From: Vitrella brassicaformis CCMP3155
Taxonomy: Eukaryota; Protista; Chromerida
NCBI GenBank assembly: GCA_001179505.1
Contig: CDMY01000466.1
Span: 62,001 to 126,000, forward strand
Direction of reading: 5' to 3'
Length of the DNA stretch: 64,000 nucleotides
This document shows positions 36,377 through 48,178 of this stretch, one piece after another. Both the position numbers and the translations under genes were made by a program. Below the pieces are notes generated by a model. It was given only the letters and a program-made list of their open reading frames with translations, did not search any database and had not been told where the DNA came from. Numbering within the stretch: the first letter of the stretch is position 1; the number at the start of each line of letters is the position of its first letter.

Positions 36377-39300
36377 TCATCGTCTCCTCGCCGCCCCAGC
36401 ACTCTTCGCCAGCGCCAGCAGCCTGGCCTTAGCGTCCTTCACAGATGGGCTGGCTGTGTCGGGCGACAGGTCAGGGTCAAGATAGTCCAGATCCATCGCA
36501 GAGAAGCCATTCATCCGACCCTTCTTCTTGCCCTTGCCGCCCCGTGTCTTCTGCAGCACTGACGATGCGGCAGCACTCGCCTGTTCTCGCCTGACGCGAG
36601 CGGCGCCCAGGTGCGACTGCTCTATCTCGCCATTCATCTCATCTTCTGCACTGCCGTCTTGGGCGGGCGCTGGCGCCTCCTCTGCTCCTCCCTCTCCGTC
36701 TTGCATCTCGTCATCCTGCTCACCATCCTCGCCGTTGTTGTCGTGCTCTTCGTCACTCAGCCAGTGCGACGGCCACTCCTCTTCCTCGCCCTCACCTCGC
36801 TGCCCCTCGTCCATCCCTTCGTCTTCATCTTGATCGTCAGCAGCGTCGAAGTAGCGGCCGCCAGCCTTCCTGCTTTTGACTCGGCGCCGGACACCGGTGC
36901 CTTCCGTCGGTGCCGGGGCGGGGGCAGGGGCAGCAGCTACTGACGGCTGTCTGGCGTCGTCTGAGATGTGTGGGTTGCGGACTCGCGGCATTTGTGTGAG
37001 GTATCTGAGTGTGTGGATGTTGGACGCGTAGACGCGGCTCAGAAAGGAGTGGTGCTGCTGAAGCTGACAGACGCAACACACACAAGGAAAGGCAAAACAT
37101 AGGCATCAATTGGCGGATCGACTGACCGTGCTTGTGCCAGCCCTTTCACCTGTCTGAGGAGCATCAGCAACAGTGCTCGAACGTCAGAGAAGGGACCTGA
37201 CGACAGAAACGACACACCACATCACACATCAACAACTCCCAGATATTCGACTCTTCCCTTGGCCGGCCCTTCCCTCATCCAACTACCGGTCATGACTCTC
37301 TCCATCCCTGACGCCTTCCTGTCCCTTTCCGCACTCCCCAGTGGCAGGCCGCCCAGCTGCGGTCCAATCAGATGGGCCTTGAGGGTCGTGTGCAACCACT
37401 GCAGGTGGTACTGCAGGTGGGGCGAGCTCAGCTGATGCACCTTGGCGCTGGATGACGCCTGTGTGGGTGGGGTGTAGGGCTGCAGGAGGGTGCGGATGAG
37501 GTTGAGGAGGTTGGGCAGCAGGGGGGAGGGGATGGATGGCACCAGCAGGGGGATGGACGAGTAGGGGATCGACTCGTAGACCATCTTGAGAGTGCTGAAG
37601 TGGTTAAGAGCCAATGCATAACTCAGCGCCTGACACACACCAATCGAGCATGCATCCGCCATGTTGAAGCTGGTGGCGCGGTTGTCTGTGCGGGTCGCTT
37701 GCCTTTGCGTAGTCCTTTTTCCTGAGTGCTTTGTGTATGTTGGGGATCGTCACGTCACGCGTCAGCATTGTGGGCCCCGCTCCCTCGCTGCCACTGCCGC
37801 TCACACCCACACCCCCTGACCCGCCACCCTGACACACACACGCACATTCACACACAATACAATACACAAAGCGGATGCTGCTTCTCGATGCCCACTTGCA
37901 GGTCGATGGAGTAGAGGAACAGCCCATGTGACGTGGCGGCAGCCCACTGTCGGCCGTCGAGGGATGCCTGCACCTGCCAGACGGTGAGCTCCTGGCGCCT
38001 CTTGTCGGTGCTCAGCTCCCCTCCCCTAGTGCCGGGCAAAGCGAGAGCCTGAACGAAGACGAAGAGAAAGTACGGAGATGCGAAAGTCCGTGTGTGTGCA
38101 AGTGTACTTGGTTGATTCGTTTCCGCCTCTGTGCTCCCGGAATGGCGTCATCCAGATCAGAGTCCGACAGATCAAACTCCTGCACCCACCAACCAACACA
38201 CACACCCGGTCACCCGACGTGACCCTGTCCCCTCCCCTCTCTGTCTGTAGCATGCCTGTATGGCTATGCCGGCTTCAGTCATGAATCGTGAGTTGAGTTC
38301 CATCAGGATGCCGTCGATCGACCGGTTGTGCGTCAGCTGGTAGTACTGCAGCAGCACCGTCGCGTCGGCGTCATACACACACACACGGGCGGATGTCTTG
38401 GCGGCGGCGAAGATCTGGTGGCCGCTGGCAGAGTAGCAGAGGGACGAGAAGTGCTGATTGGGGTTGACCTTCGACACCTGGTCGATACACAGACAAACAC
38501 ACATACAAACACACATACATCGGCCTCTGTCTACGTGTGGGTATAAGGGAGGTCATGTGTGACAGATACCTTGTTTTTGTTGCCCTTGCCGCCCCAGTTG
38601 TTGGCAGCCGTCTTGTCGGTGACCCTCCTGCCGCTGTGGATGTCGCGCAGACCCTCAATGGAACCCACCACCTGCCCGTCGTCGCACTGCCATATCTGAA
38701 TCAGGCCCCCGAGGTACGACGCAGCGAGCCGCCCGGTGCCCCTTGGGTCGAATGCGACGGCCAGGACCTCAGTGGTGTGCATGAGAGGCTCGCCGGCCCC
38801 TCCCTTGGTGGCGCGGCCGTATATGTCCCACAGGCGGATGGAGCCGTCCCATGAGCCGGTGCAGAGGACGCCTGGCTTGGAGGGATGGGGGTGGAAGGCG
38901 ATGCTGATGATGGGACCCTCATGGCCGCTCAACACTTCCAACACCTTGCCCGTCTGCAGACACACAGACAGACGCACACGACACACATCAGTCTTCCCCT
39001 TCTGTATGTGTGTTGGTTGAATGTTGGCTCTATCACCTGTATAGCCCAGACGAGGACCGAGTATTCGCTGCCCTGAGTGCCAGCGACCACCACCTCGCCC
39101 CCGTTGTCCACGGCCAGGCAGGTGAACTGCACCCCCTCGTTGGGCGACGCCAACGTGCGGAAGTTGCGGTATCGCAGCAGATCGTACGCACGGACCGACC
39201 CGTCCAGCGATGATGACAGCACCGCATTGCCCTGACACAGACACACAGAGACAGACGGCCAGAGACCATTTGTTCTTCTTTTCTCTCTGTGTGGTGTCTG

Positions 39301-41087
39301 TGTATACCTGTGGGGTGAATGCCAGGCCGGTGACTGTAGCGGTGTGTTCGGTGAAGGTGATGAAACAGAAGCCGCTGAGCGAGTGCCACAGCTTGACCTT
39401 GCCGTCCTGCCCACCAGTGGCCACGATGGCCCCGCTGCTGCTGGCCGACGTCTCCAGCGACCGACCCTCTTGCTCAAGCGCAGAACCCATACGCAGCGAT
39501 GTCCCTGCACAATGAGAGAGGGAGGGAGGCCAGGCACTGGCGGTGGGCAAACACATTGGGGATGTCAGACGGCGTACCTGCAGGTGAGAATGCGACGGCT
39601 TGCACGCCGTAGTGGTGTCCCTGCTGCTTGAGGATGTAGGTCTCCGACTGCCACTCCCACACCACCACCTGAACACATACACACACACATACAGAGTGTG
39701 TAAATGATACATGCAGGCAGGCGTCGTGAATGCAGCCGACCTGTCCCATTTCCGATGCCGCGACGGCGAGCCAGTCGCCGGTGGCGTTGACGGCCAGCCC
39801 GTCCACGGGACACTGCCCGATGCTCAGCGTGTGGAGGGCATCGAACGACGGCACCTCATACAGGGAAAACACACCGTGGGTGAAACCCACGAGGAGGAAC
39901 TCGGAACCACCACCTCCAGCAGTGCCGTGGTGGACACACTGGGTGACTTTGGCACTGCCGGGCTGGTTGCAGAAGGCCCTCCTCTCCAGCAGCCATGTGC
40001 CGTCGATGTAGACCATATCACTGGTCGGCGGTGGCTGCTGCTGCTGCTGTTGCTGGCCCTCATCCGTGTCTGCCATGTGCTCATCAGTGTCACCATGAGT
40101 GTCTTCTCTCGCCCTTTTCCTCTCGTGAGGCCCATCCGCCATGTGAGCGTCCTCTGCCTCTCCCATTCCCTCTAGGTGATCTTCCTCCTTGACGCTTCTG
40201 CCGGTGACGCGGAACTTCTCTCTCCTCTGCGCTTGCTTGGGGAGGTTGCGGCTTGCAGGGAGGTCTGCGTCGTCCGATGCTGATGAAGGCTGCCACTTCC
40301 AGGCGATGAGGACGCCCTCTGTGCTGATTGAGTAGATGCGCTGCATGTCATGCGAGAAGAACGATCCACGAACGGGATTCCTGCGCACACACACACATGT
40401 TGGAAGGAGAGAGAGAGAGAAGGCACAGTACAGATGGTGGACCGATACATCCATCGCCCCCATCCCCCCCCCAGTGTAGTGTCACCTGTGGTCGACAAAT
40501 GTCGATGGCACGAAGTGTGTCATCTTGCCCTTGCTGCCGGCCTTCTCCCTCTGAATGGGGTCCCTGCTCCACAGCCGCACCGTCGTGTCTTTGGACGATG
40601 TCACCAAAAACAGCGAGTTGGCACTCCAGTCCACACTCAGCACCTTGTCCAGGTGACCCCCCAGCCTCCGGTGCAGCGAGAAGTGCCACCCCGTCGCCAC
40701 AGTGGGCGTCTCCCAGATCTCTATCCGCTTGGCGCTCGTCAAGGCCACATACCGGCCATCAGGGCTGAACTGGCAGCACAGCACGCGGCACCGGAAGTTG
40801 ATGCGCGCCAGTATGACGTTGGTGCCGCCGCCTTGGAAGGCAATCAGGAGGGCGTGTCCGGTCTCGTCAATCACCAGCAGCAGGTGGCCGTCGGGCGAGA
40901 GGGCCATGGTGTAGATGTCCATGCGGGACTCACACGGGAGAGTGCGTGTGCGGTTGCGGACGAGGTCCAGGGCGTTGACGCGGTTGCCGGTGGGGCAGAG
41001 GAGGCTGTCTGCGTCGGGGACAGTGAAGCAGAGAGGGCCGCCCTGATAGGGAGCGCCGCACACCGAGGCGAACCGATAAGATAACAT
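36377..41087 (-). CDS. PWP2: Periodic tryptophan protein 2 (Pwp2/Utp1), WD40 SSU-processome component
   Basis: The N-terminus MLSYRFASVCGAPYQGGPLCFT...LCPTGNRV matches the Pwp2 start. Other matches: ETYILKQQGH, GQDGKVKLWHSLSGFCFITFTEHT, DGSVRAYDLLRYRNFRT, LEVLSGHEGPI, and the C-terminal SFLSRVYASNIHTLRYL followed by an acidic tail. Confidence 0.95.
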
Positions 41088-44000
41088 CACGACAATGGCT
41101 GAAAGCGATGGATGAACCCACAGATCTGAAGGCTGGCGCTGTCCATATGAGAGGGATTTCTCCAGAAGCGATGGTTTCGCCAGGCGATCGGCATTCAAGC
41201 TCGCAGTTGGCTCGCGTGAGAGGGAAAAAAGGCAGCCTAACAGTACCCCAGAGGTTTTGTGTATCACTTCCGGGGGTGAGAGGTGAAAAAAGCACAAAAA
41301 GAATCATCAAGAAGCGCTACATGTGCTGCCGGGTTGTTGCGCTGCTCGTTGTAGGTGCTGGTCTGTTCATCCTCTCGTCCATTTGACGTCGGGCTCCCAT
41401 GTGGCAGCGCGTGTTGTCGGCCAGCCTCCTTAGCGGCATGAATGAGGGCTGATCTACGCCAAGGGGTCTGAGTCATGACCAGCTTGGGTCCTTCCCCGCC
41501 CTCCGTCATCGACGCGGCCATCTTTCTGCTCTCGTCGCCAGAGGAGCTGCCAGAGGGTGCCCTCGAGAGCGGCCTTGAGGCGCTGGGCGATGCCAAGAGG
41601 CTGGGCCAGGGTGGATACGAGGCCCTGAGGAAGAATCTCCGCAACGGGCGACTCCTGGAGCGTGTGTTCGATGCCTTCACCGATAGCGGCAACACGGCCC
41701 GCCAGGACGCCGCGGCAAACATGTGCGGCGTGCTGATCCATAGGGCAGAGGAGCCCCTCGGCCACCACATCATCCACGTGTGTGGGTCGCCTCAGCGGTT
41801 CATCAGCAGGCTGGCCACACTGCTGACAGAGACCGGCAATTCCACCGTTGCAGACGTCGCCTTCGCGCTGCTGATGGGCGCCATGGTCAAGGGCCGGGTT
41901 GAGGGCAATGCGGCCGACTATCGAGACCATTGTATGCAGCACCACCCCGCCGTCTTCGACAAGGCAGTGGCGGTTGTCAGTGCAGCAAGTCTGGCCTTCC
42001 TGCTGTCGGCCTTTTCGACGGATAATGAATTCGGCCCGGCCTTCCCCGGCCCTTCTGCCGTGCCTCCCCTGGTGTGGGTGGGGGTGTTCCGGGCAGTCGT
42101 GCGCATCCTGACGTGTGAGGACCAGGCAACTCGGGACAAGTTGTAAGCGACGATATAGATGACACACAGCCAGACAGACAGACAGACAGACAGACAGCTG
42201 CACTTCCTTCCCTTTTTTCATGTGTGGCTGCTTCAGTGCTGACTGTATCGAGCACGCCACGGCATTCGTCTGCCGCCACATCTGCTGCGTGACCGGCACA
42301 GGTAGTAAATAAAGTCAGACACACAGACAGACAGACAGACAGACAGACATACAGACAGACAGACAAACTCACAGCACTCTTCCGCCACCTGACTCATTGT
42401 CGTCCCTCGGTTGGCGCAGGGTCGGATGGTGACCGTGCTGCGTACCTGGCTGCCACCCGTGAGGTCATCTACCCCCTCGTCGACACATTGGCAGCCACCC
42501 TGACATCCTCCAACACAGACAAGGCGGTGCGCCACGGGGCCGCCGTCTGCCTCGAGTGCATCTTCACCTTCTGCTGCGCTTTTTTCAAGAGTGCCACGGC
42601 GATTGGTGGGCGGAAGGACAGACAGGCCCGCTCCGTGTGGGAGTGTGGCCTCAGTTGCTGAATGCGTGTGTCCGTCCTTGTGTGCGCCTGTGCAGATGCT
42701 CAGTACTTCAGTGATGCCGACGGGCCCGCCCAGCGGTTGCTGAGAGTGCCCAATGCGCTGCAGGCCTACGTGACGGCCGTCAAGATCCCCACCACTACCC
42801 TTGCCTCTAGGATTAGGGTTCCCACGCAGCCCCTGGCTGTCCCGCAGATGCTGGCCGGTGAGCGAATGACACGAGGGGTCCGTGGGAGGGAAGTGAGCGA
42901 ACGAATGCCTTCTTGTGGCTGTGCTGCGTGAATGTCTGCAGTGTGTGGCCATCGTGATGCCGTGTATTCATCCGGATGCATATCGATGGCGTCGGATATC
43001 GCCAAGCGCCTCGACAAGAAGTCAGTGGCCGAGGTGGGCTCCTGTGCGGCGGCTCTTCAGAACATCGTCGGACGCGACACAGACCTCACCGACGTGCGCG
43101 CCAAGGTCAGCACGGACGGATGGATGGATGCGGCCATGGCCATTGTGTGTTGCTCATTTGCAGATCGCTGTGAGTGATGGCCTTCCCGGAGCCCTGTGTG
43201 AAATGGCTCTGGCCTGCATCAAGAACGGTCAGCTCGACCAAAAGGAGGCGGATTACTTCATAGACTTCGCCGTCAGAACCCTGCGCGCACTTGTCAGGTA
43301 CACACGCACACAGATGCCTGTGGTGGGGGATAATGTGTGTGGATGTCTTGTCGGTGCAGCTATGGTGATCGCGTGAGCAGCCGAGGGGGCAAGGTCCGCC
43401 CCAACAGCGTCACCCAGGCCGTCCTGCAGCACGACTCAGTCAAGACGGTGCGCGCAGCCGGCCAGCAGCCGAAAGGACGACGAAAGGCAAACCGTCAGCA
43501 TCAGGAGCATCTAACAGTGCCCAAGGAGGTGGGAAATGATGCACACGTGACGGCTCACACAGGCAGCGTCCAGTGTACGTGTTGTGCGTCAGTTGTTGGA
43601 GTTCTTCGACGAGATCGAGAGTGCGGCCAGCAAGCGGGCTGAGAAGCTCATCGCAGAGCTGGACGTTGAGGGCACACCAAGTAGCAGTAGCACCACCGAG
43701 GGCGTCAAGAAGAAGTCCAAGGGCAAGAGGGGCGGCAAGGGAGCCTGCACCAAGGAGTCGGCATCACCATCCAGGTCACCGCAGATAGGGAAAGAGCGCA
43801 TCCACAAAAATGAAGGGAATGTGTGTGTGTGTGTGTGTGCCGATCGACAGCTGTGGTGCCATTGGCACATCCGAAGACCACACCGACCACCAGGAGGAGG
43901 ACACCGAAGATCATCATGCCCCCCTTCCAGGTCCCCCCAGCCCGTCGCCCTCCTCCCCTCCCCGACCCTCATCCTCATACTCATCGTCCTCCGCATCGGC

Positions 44001-45071
44001 TGCTGGCGGAACCTCTTTGTCCGTGGGCGGCGGCTGGGGGCAGCAGCAAGGGGCGGGTGGCGGTGGCGATGATGGCGGCGGCTTCATCACCGTCGGCCGC
44101 AAAAAGCGGGGCGGCAAAGGCACTGGCGGCCACACACAGCAGCAGCATACCAACACGGCTGACAAACGAGATGACAAGTGAGACCCACCAAAGCACTCCA
44201 CCACACTGAGCAGAGGATCTCGGTGTGTCTGTGTGTTCAGCTCGAGAGTCTTCCCGTCATCGTCTTCGTCCGAGTCGACGCGGCCCTCATCATCGCAGTC
44301 GTCAGTGTCTGGTGGCCCCCACAACGCGCCAGCCGTGCCCTTCCCTCTGCCGCCCCGCCCCGGCCGGCCGCCCCGCCTCCACAGCCTCCCAACCGACACA
44401 CACCTACACCAGCACCATCCAGTAGCCGTCTTGGCTCTGACGAGCAGGGCCTCGCCCCATTGGCAGCCGGGGGCAGTAGCAGTAGCACTTTGGAGAGGGC
44501 GGTGGAGGTGGAGGGCCGCAGTGGTCACGACAGGTACGCACGTGTCGATGGGCAGAGCAGCCGAGGAAGCAGACAACAGCCCCTGTGCCTGTGTGTGTGG
44601 TTGGCTGCAGGTGTGGTGGTGACGTGAGTGAGTTGGATGCGCTGCGGAAGCAGCTCGAGGCCATGCGGCTGGAGAAGGAGGCCATAGAAAGGGAGAACAA
44701 GAGGTACGTGAGGCGACCCCACACACCTGCAGTGCAGTGGTTGCATGCGCCTCTTTCGTGAGTGTCTGATGGGTGGTTTGCTGCACACAGGCTGGAGGAG
44801 GAGCGCGAGAGCACCGAGTGTGACATCTGCATGGCCTCAAAGAAGTCCATCGTACTCATCCCCTGTGTAAGCCGACTCACAGGCACAACGACTCACCTGT
44901 CCCTCTCGGCCATGCGCTGCCCACGTTTGCGTGTGTGTGTGTGTGTGTGCAGCGTCACTTTTGTCTGTGCAGTGGTTGTGCTGCGGCTTTGATGTCTAAG
45001 CCAGTGGCCCAGCGGCTGTGCCCTCGGTGCCGACAGGCCATCACGGCCACTCGACACGTCTATCTGTGAGT
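40974..45071. repeat. Segmental duplication, copy A (PWP2 5' end + shared promoter + RING gene)
   Basis: Collinear similarity with 51581-56007. It runs from gttgacgcggttgccgg through the intergenic DNA and shared exon/intron sequences to the stop codon. Confidence 0.85.
41475..45069 (+). CDS. RING-finger (C3HC4, IAP/MIB-type) E3 ligase with a helical/ARM-like N-terminus, paralog A
   Basis: The C-terminal spliced RING reads ECDICMASKKSIVLIPC|RHFCLCSGCAAALMSKPVAQRLCPRCRQAITATRHVYL*, with a coiled-coil and low-complexity segments before it. Confidence 0.85.
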
Positions 45072-45653
45072 GCGGGGCCATGTTGTCAGCGACCCACTCG
45101 TCCGGTGCTACGACGCACGAGAGGAGGTGATGGTGGCTGTTGGATGAGTGACATGCCGACAGACGAGCCGTTCATGTTGGGGGGCGGGTGTGGTGGGGGG
45201 GTGAAGAGCAGCTGTGTGTGCATAGCATAGATGTGACTGACTGACTGGCTGACTGACTGACAGAGTGAGAGAGAGGCGTGGGTGGATATGGTCGGTCGGC
45301 CGGTCGCTGTGTACAGACTTACTTAGGTTCCCTGCCTGCCTGGCTGGCTGCTTCGTCCATCGCTCTGGTCACACCAATGACGCGACCTACACGTTTGACT
45401 GAAGCATCCACACACGCTGACAGATACGGTCTCTCTCACACGCATACATATGAAATCTCTGTGCACTGTACACGGCAAAAAGACCCAATCCATCACTCAC
45501 TGACTGACATAAATACACGCACTACCACGACGAGAGAGATGCCCGTCTGCCTCTCCCTACCGACAGCCACCACACAGCCCCTCTCTGTCCCCCTTGCCTT
45601 CCACCGACCCATCGCCCTCCACCCACCGACCTGGCTGCGCCCTCAGGTGGTTG

Positions 45654-46877
45654 TCATCCTCTGCGGTTCTTTTTCTTCTCTTTCTCCACCTGTGCGGCCC
45701 TCTCGGCCTCCTCCCGTGCTGCCCGTGCCGACCGCCACTCCGGGGTGTCCTCCCACTCTTCTGGGCACTCGGCCGCCCGCTCCCTCAGCTTGCCCAGAAT
45801 CCAGTCGACGATATCCTGAGCCTGGGCATATTGTTGTGAATGACATCAAGGCAACACATGGATGCGTTAAAGCAGCTGCCGACACACAGATGTGTGTGTG
45901 TGTGTGCGTGTGTGTGTGTGCGGCTGACCTGGTCATAGGTGTCGAATGTGGTGCATGACTTCATATGGAACAAGCCCAGCCTTTCATCCGGTCCGGGGCT
46001 GTCCTTCTCATCAGGCAGCTCCACCATGTGCCACCGAAGCCCGTCCGTCACCGCGCCATGCTGCAACAAGACCACACACACACGGGGGCGTGTGTGTGAG
46101 TGGGTGTGGGTGTGCCTGTGTGTTGGGTTACGCTGCCGAGTTTTTTCTTGCGGATGTGTACGGCCGTCTTGGCCATGCCGATTTGGCGACCGGTGCCGTC
46201 GAAGGCGATCCAGAAAAACGGCCGAGGATGGTCGTCACCCCATGTCAGGACGAAGGCGGGCCGCTGATATTCACAATAATAGAGGCAGTCCAGGGAGTGA
46301 GTGCTGGCGTGAAATTCGTTTGTGTGGCTGACAGTCTCTCAGTGTCTGTACGTCCGTACCTCTCCCATGAATTTGCCCGTCCGGCGGTTGAACCGCGTCC
46401 ACAGGTAGTACGAGAGCATGCTCAGGTGGGGGTAGCCGGCCATGACCACTTCCTGCACAGTGGGCCACACCAGCGTCCCAAACAAGACGGCGGGGTGGTC
46501 GGACTCCATGCCAATCGCGAAGGATGTGTTAATTCGAGTCCCAAAGTCGTATTCAGAGACGTTGCGGCGGATCTCCAGCGGGTTGAGCTGCCACTCCTCC
46601 TCCATTATGGGGCGGAAGCCGTGTTTGTGCCTGACGTTGCGGAACGTCACCTGACAGGAAACAGACAGACAGGCAGCACACACAGTGTGAGCGTCTTGGC
46701 TGCGTGAGTGCATACCATGTGCATGAGTCCCCTGTGGCGTCGATATGCCTCTCTACGAGAGCGGGCAGCAGCGATGGCAGACCGGCGGGAATGAGGAGGC
46801 AGCTTGAAGCCAAGCACGGCTGCCGCAAGAACGAACAGGCAAGTTGCGAACAGGATCAGGCGGAAAAGGCGCACCAT
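45654..46877 (-). CDS. Putative plastid-targeted or secretory protein of unknown function
   Basis: MVRLFRLILFATCLFVLAAAVLG-FKLPPHSRRSAIAAARSRR is a signal peptide, then Phe, then a Ser/Arg/Ala-rich transit-like region. Phase-0 exons 46877-46716 and 46650-46360 join, and later exons end ...EKEKKKNRRG*. The internal joins are partly inferred. Confidence 0.6.
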
Positions 46878-47253
46878 CGTATCTGCATTGCGACACTGCT
46901 GGTAGATCCAGAGCTTCCAAACAGTCGGAAGGCCGCTTGGGTCGTTCGTTTGACAGAAGCTCGCAAGTGGATCGAAGTCATTGCACTGCAGTGGTGTGCC
47001 GATCAGCCCAGACAGTCGGTTCAATTGGTTCGCCAGCCACACACAGAGACGCTGACTGACCAGGTCAAAACCCACCCACCTAGGGGCAAAACCACTCCCT
47101 CCTTGCCGCCCTCCCCACTGCATAAATCAATCAATCAGTCAATTAATTGATTTCTGCTGGCCTGTCTTCTGCTATGCTGCTGCTGTGGCCGACAGACTGA
47201 CTGACTGCCGATGTGCGAGTGAGTCACAGCCTCTGTCTGCGGGCGGGCCTCGC

Positions 47254-48145
47254 TCACTCATCCACACCACCAGCGCTGCTGCTCCGGACACCCACACCAG
47301 CGGACGACGTCTGCATAATGGAACCACAGAAGGAGCAAACACTCATCCAGGGCCGGTCACACCTTCTTGCAATGTAAGTGTTTGTATGCCTTACGGGCTC
47401 CGAGGCTGCGGCGGCTGCCGTCGCCGCGTTGTTGTTGCTCTGCTGAGGTGGTCCGGCGTTGAGGGATGATGCGGCCTCTCCCCCGCCGCCGCCCCCATTG
47501 GCCGCCCCGTCGACAGCAGCCTGCTCTTTGGCCTGGCGTAGGGCCGTCATGATGGCCTCCACACTTGCCTCGAGTGTCGACAGCGCTGCGTTGGCATCGC
47601 TGAGGGCCGTGGATGCATCACTCTGGAGAGGAGCACCGCCGCTCGACGATGATGATGATGATGATGGCTGTGACTGCTGCTGCTGTGGGTCTGGTGTGGC
47701 CGGGGGAATCATCTCGTAGATGCCAACCTGAGCTCAGACAGCCAGACAGACAGAGGAGTTCCATGGGGCCACTCTGGCACCGTACCCTACCCTGAGGCCC
47801 TCCTTGAGTATTTCAGGCTCGAGGAAGATGACACAGGCCATGATGAGCAGCTCTGCACACACAGACACACACACACAGACACACACAGACAAAGTCCATC
47901 CACTCCGCACAGATGGCGCATCGCATACGTAATGCATTCATTGATCTCACCGATTCCTGGTGTGCCGAGGCCGCCGGGTCCCTTGGCGCACGCAGCGGCC
48001 ATGGTGTGCATGTGCGACGACAGGATGCCCCGACACGCATTGTGGAAGGGCGTGTCGCCGGGGAACAGATGGGAGGGCAGCGCTGCAAACGTCGGCGGCA
48101 GCATATACGAATAAAACTGAACCAACACGGCGCACCACACCCAGC

Positions 48146-48178
<33 letters not shown>

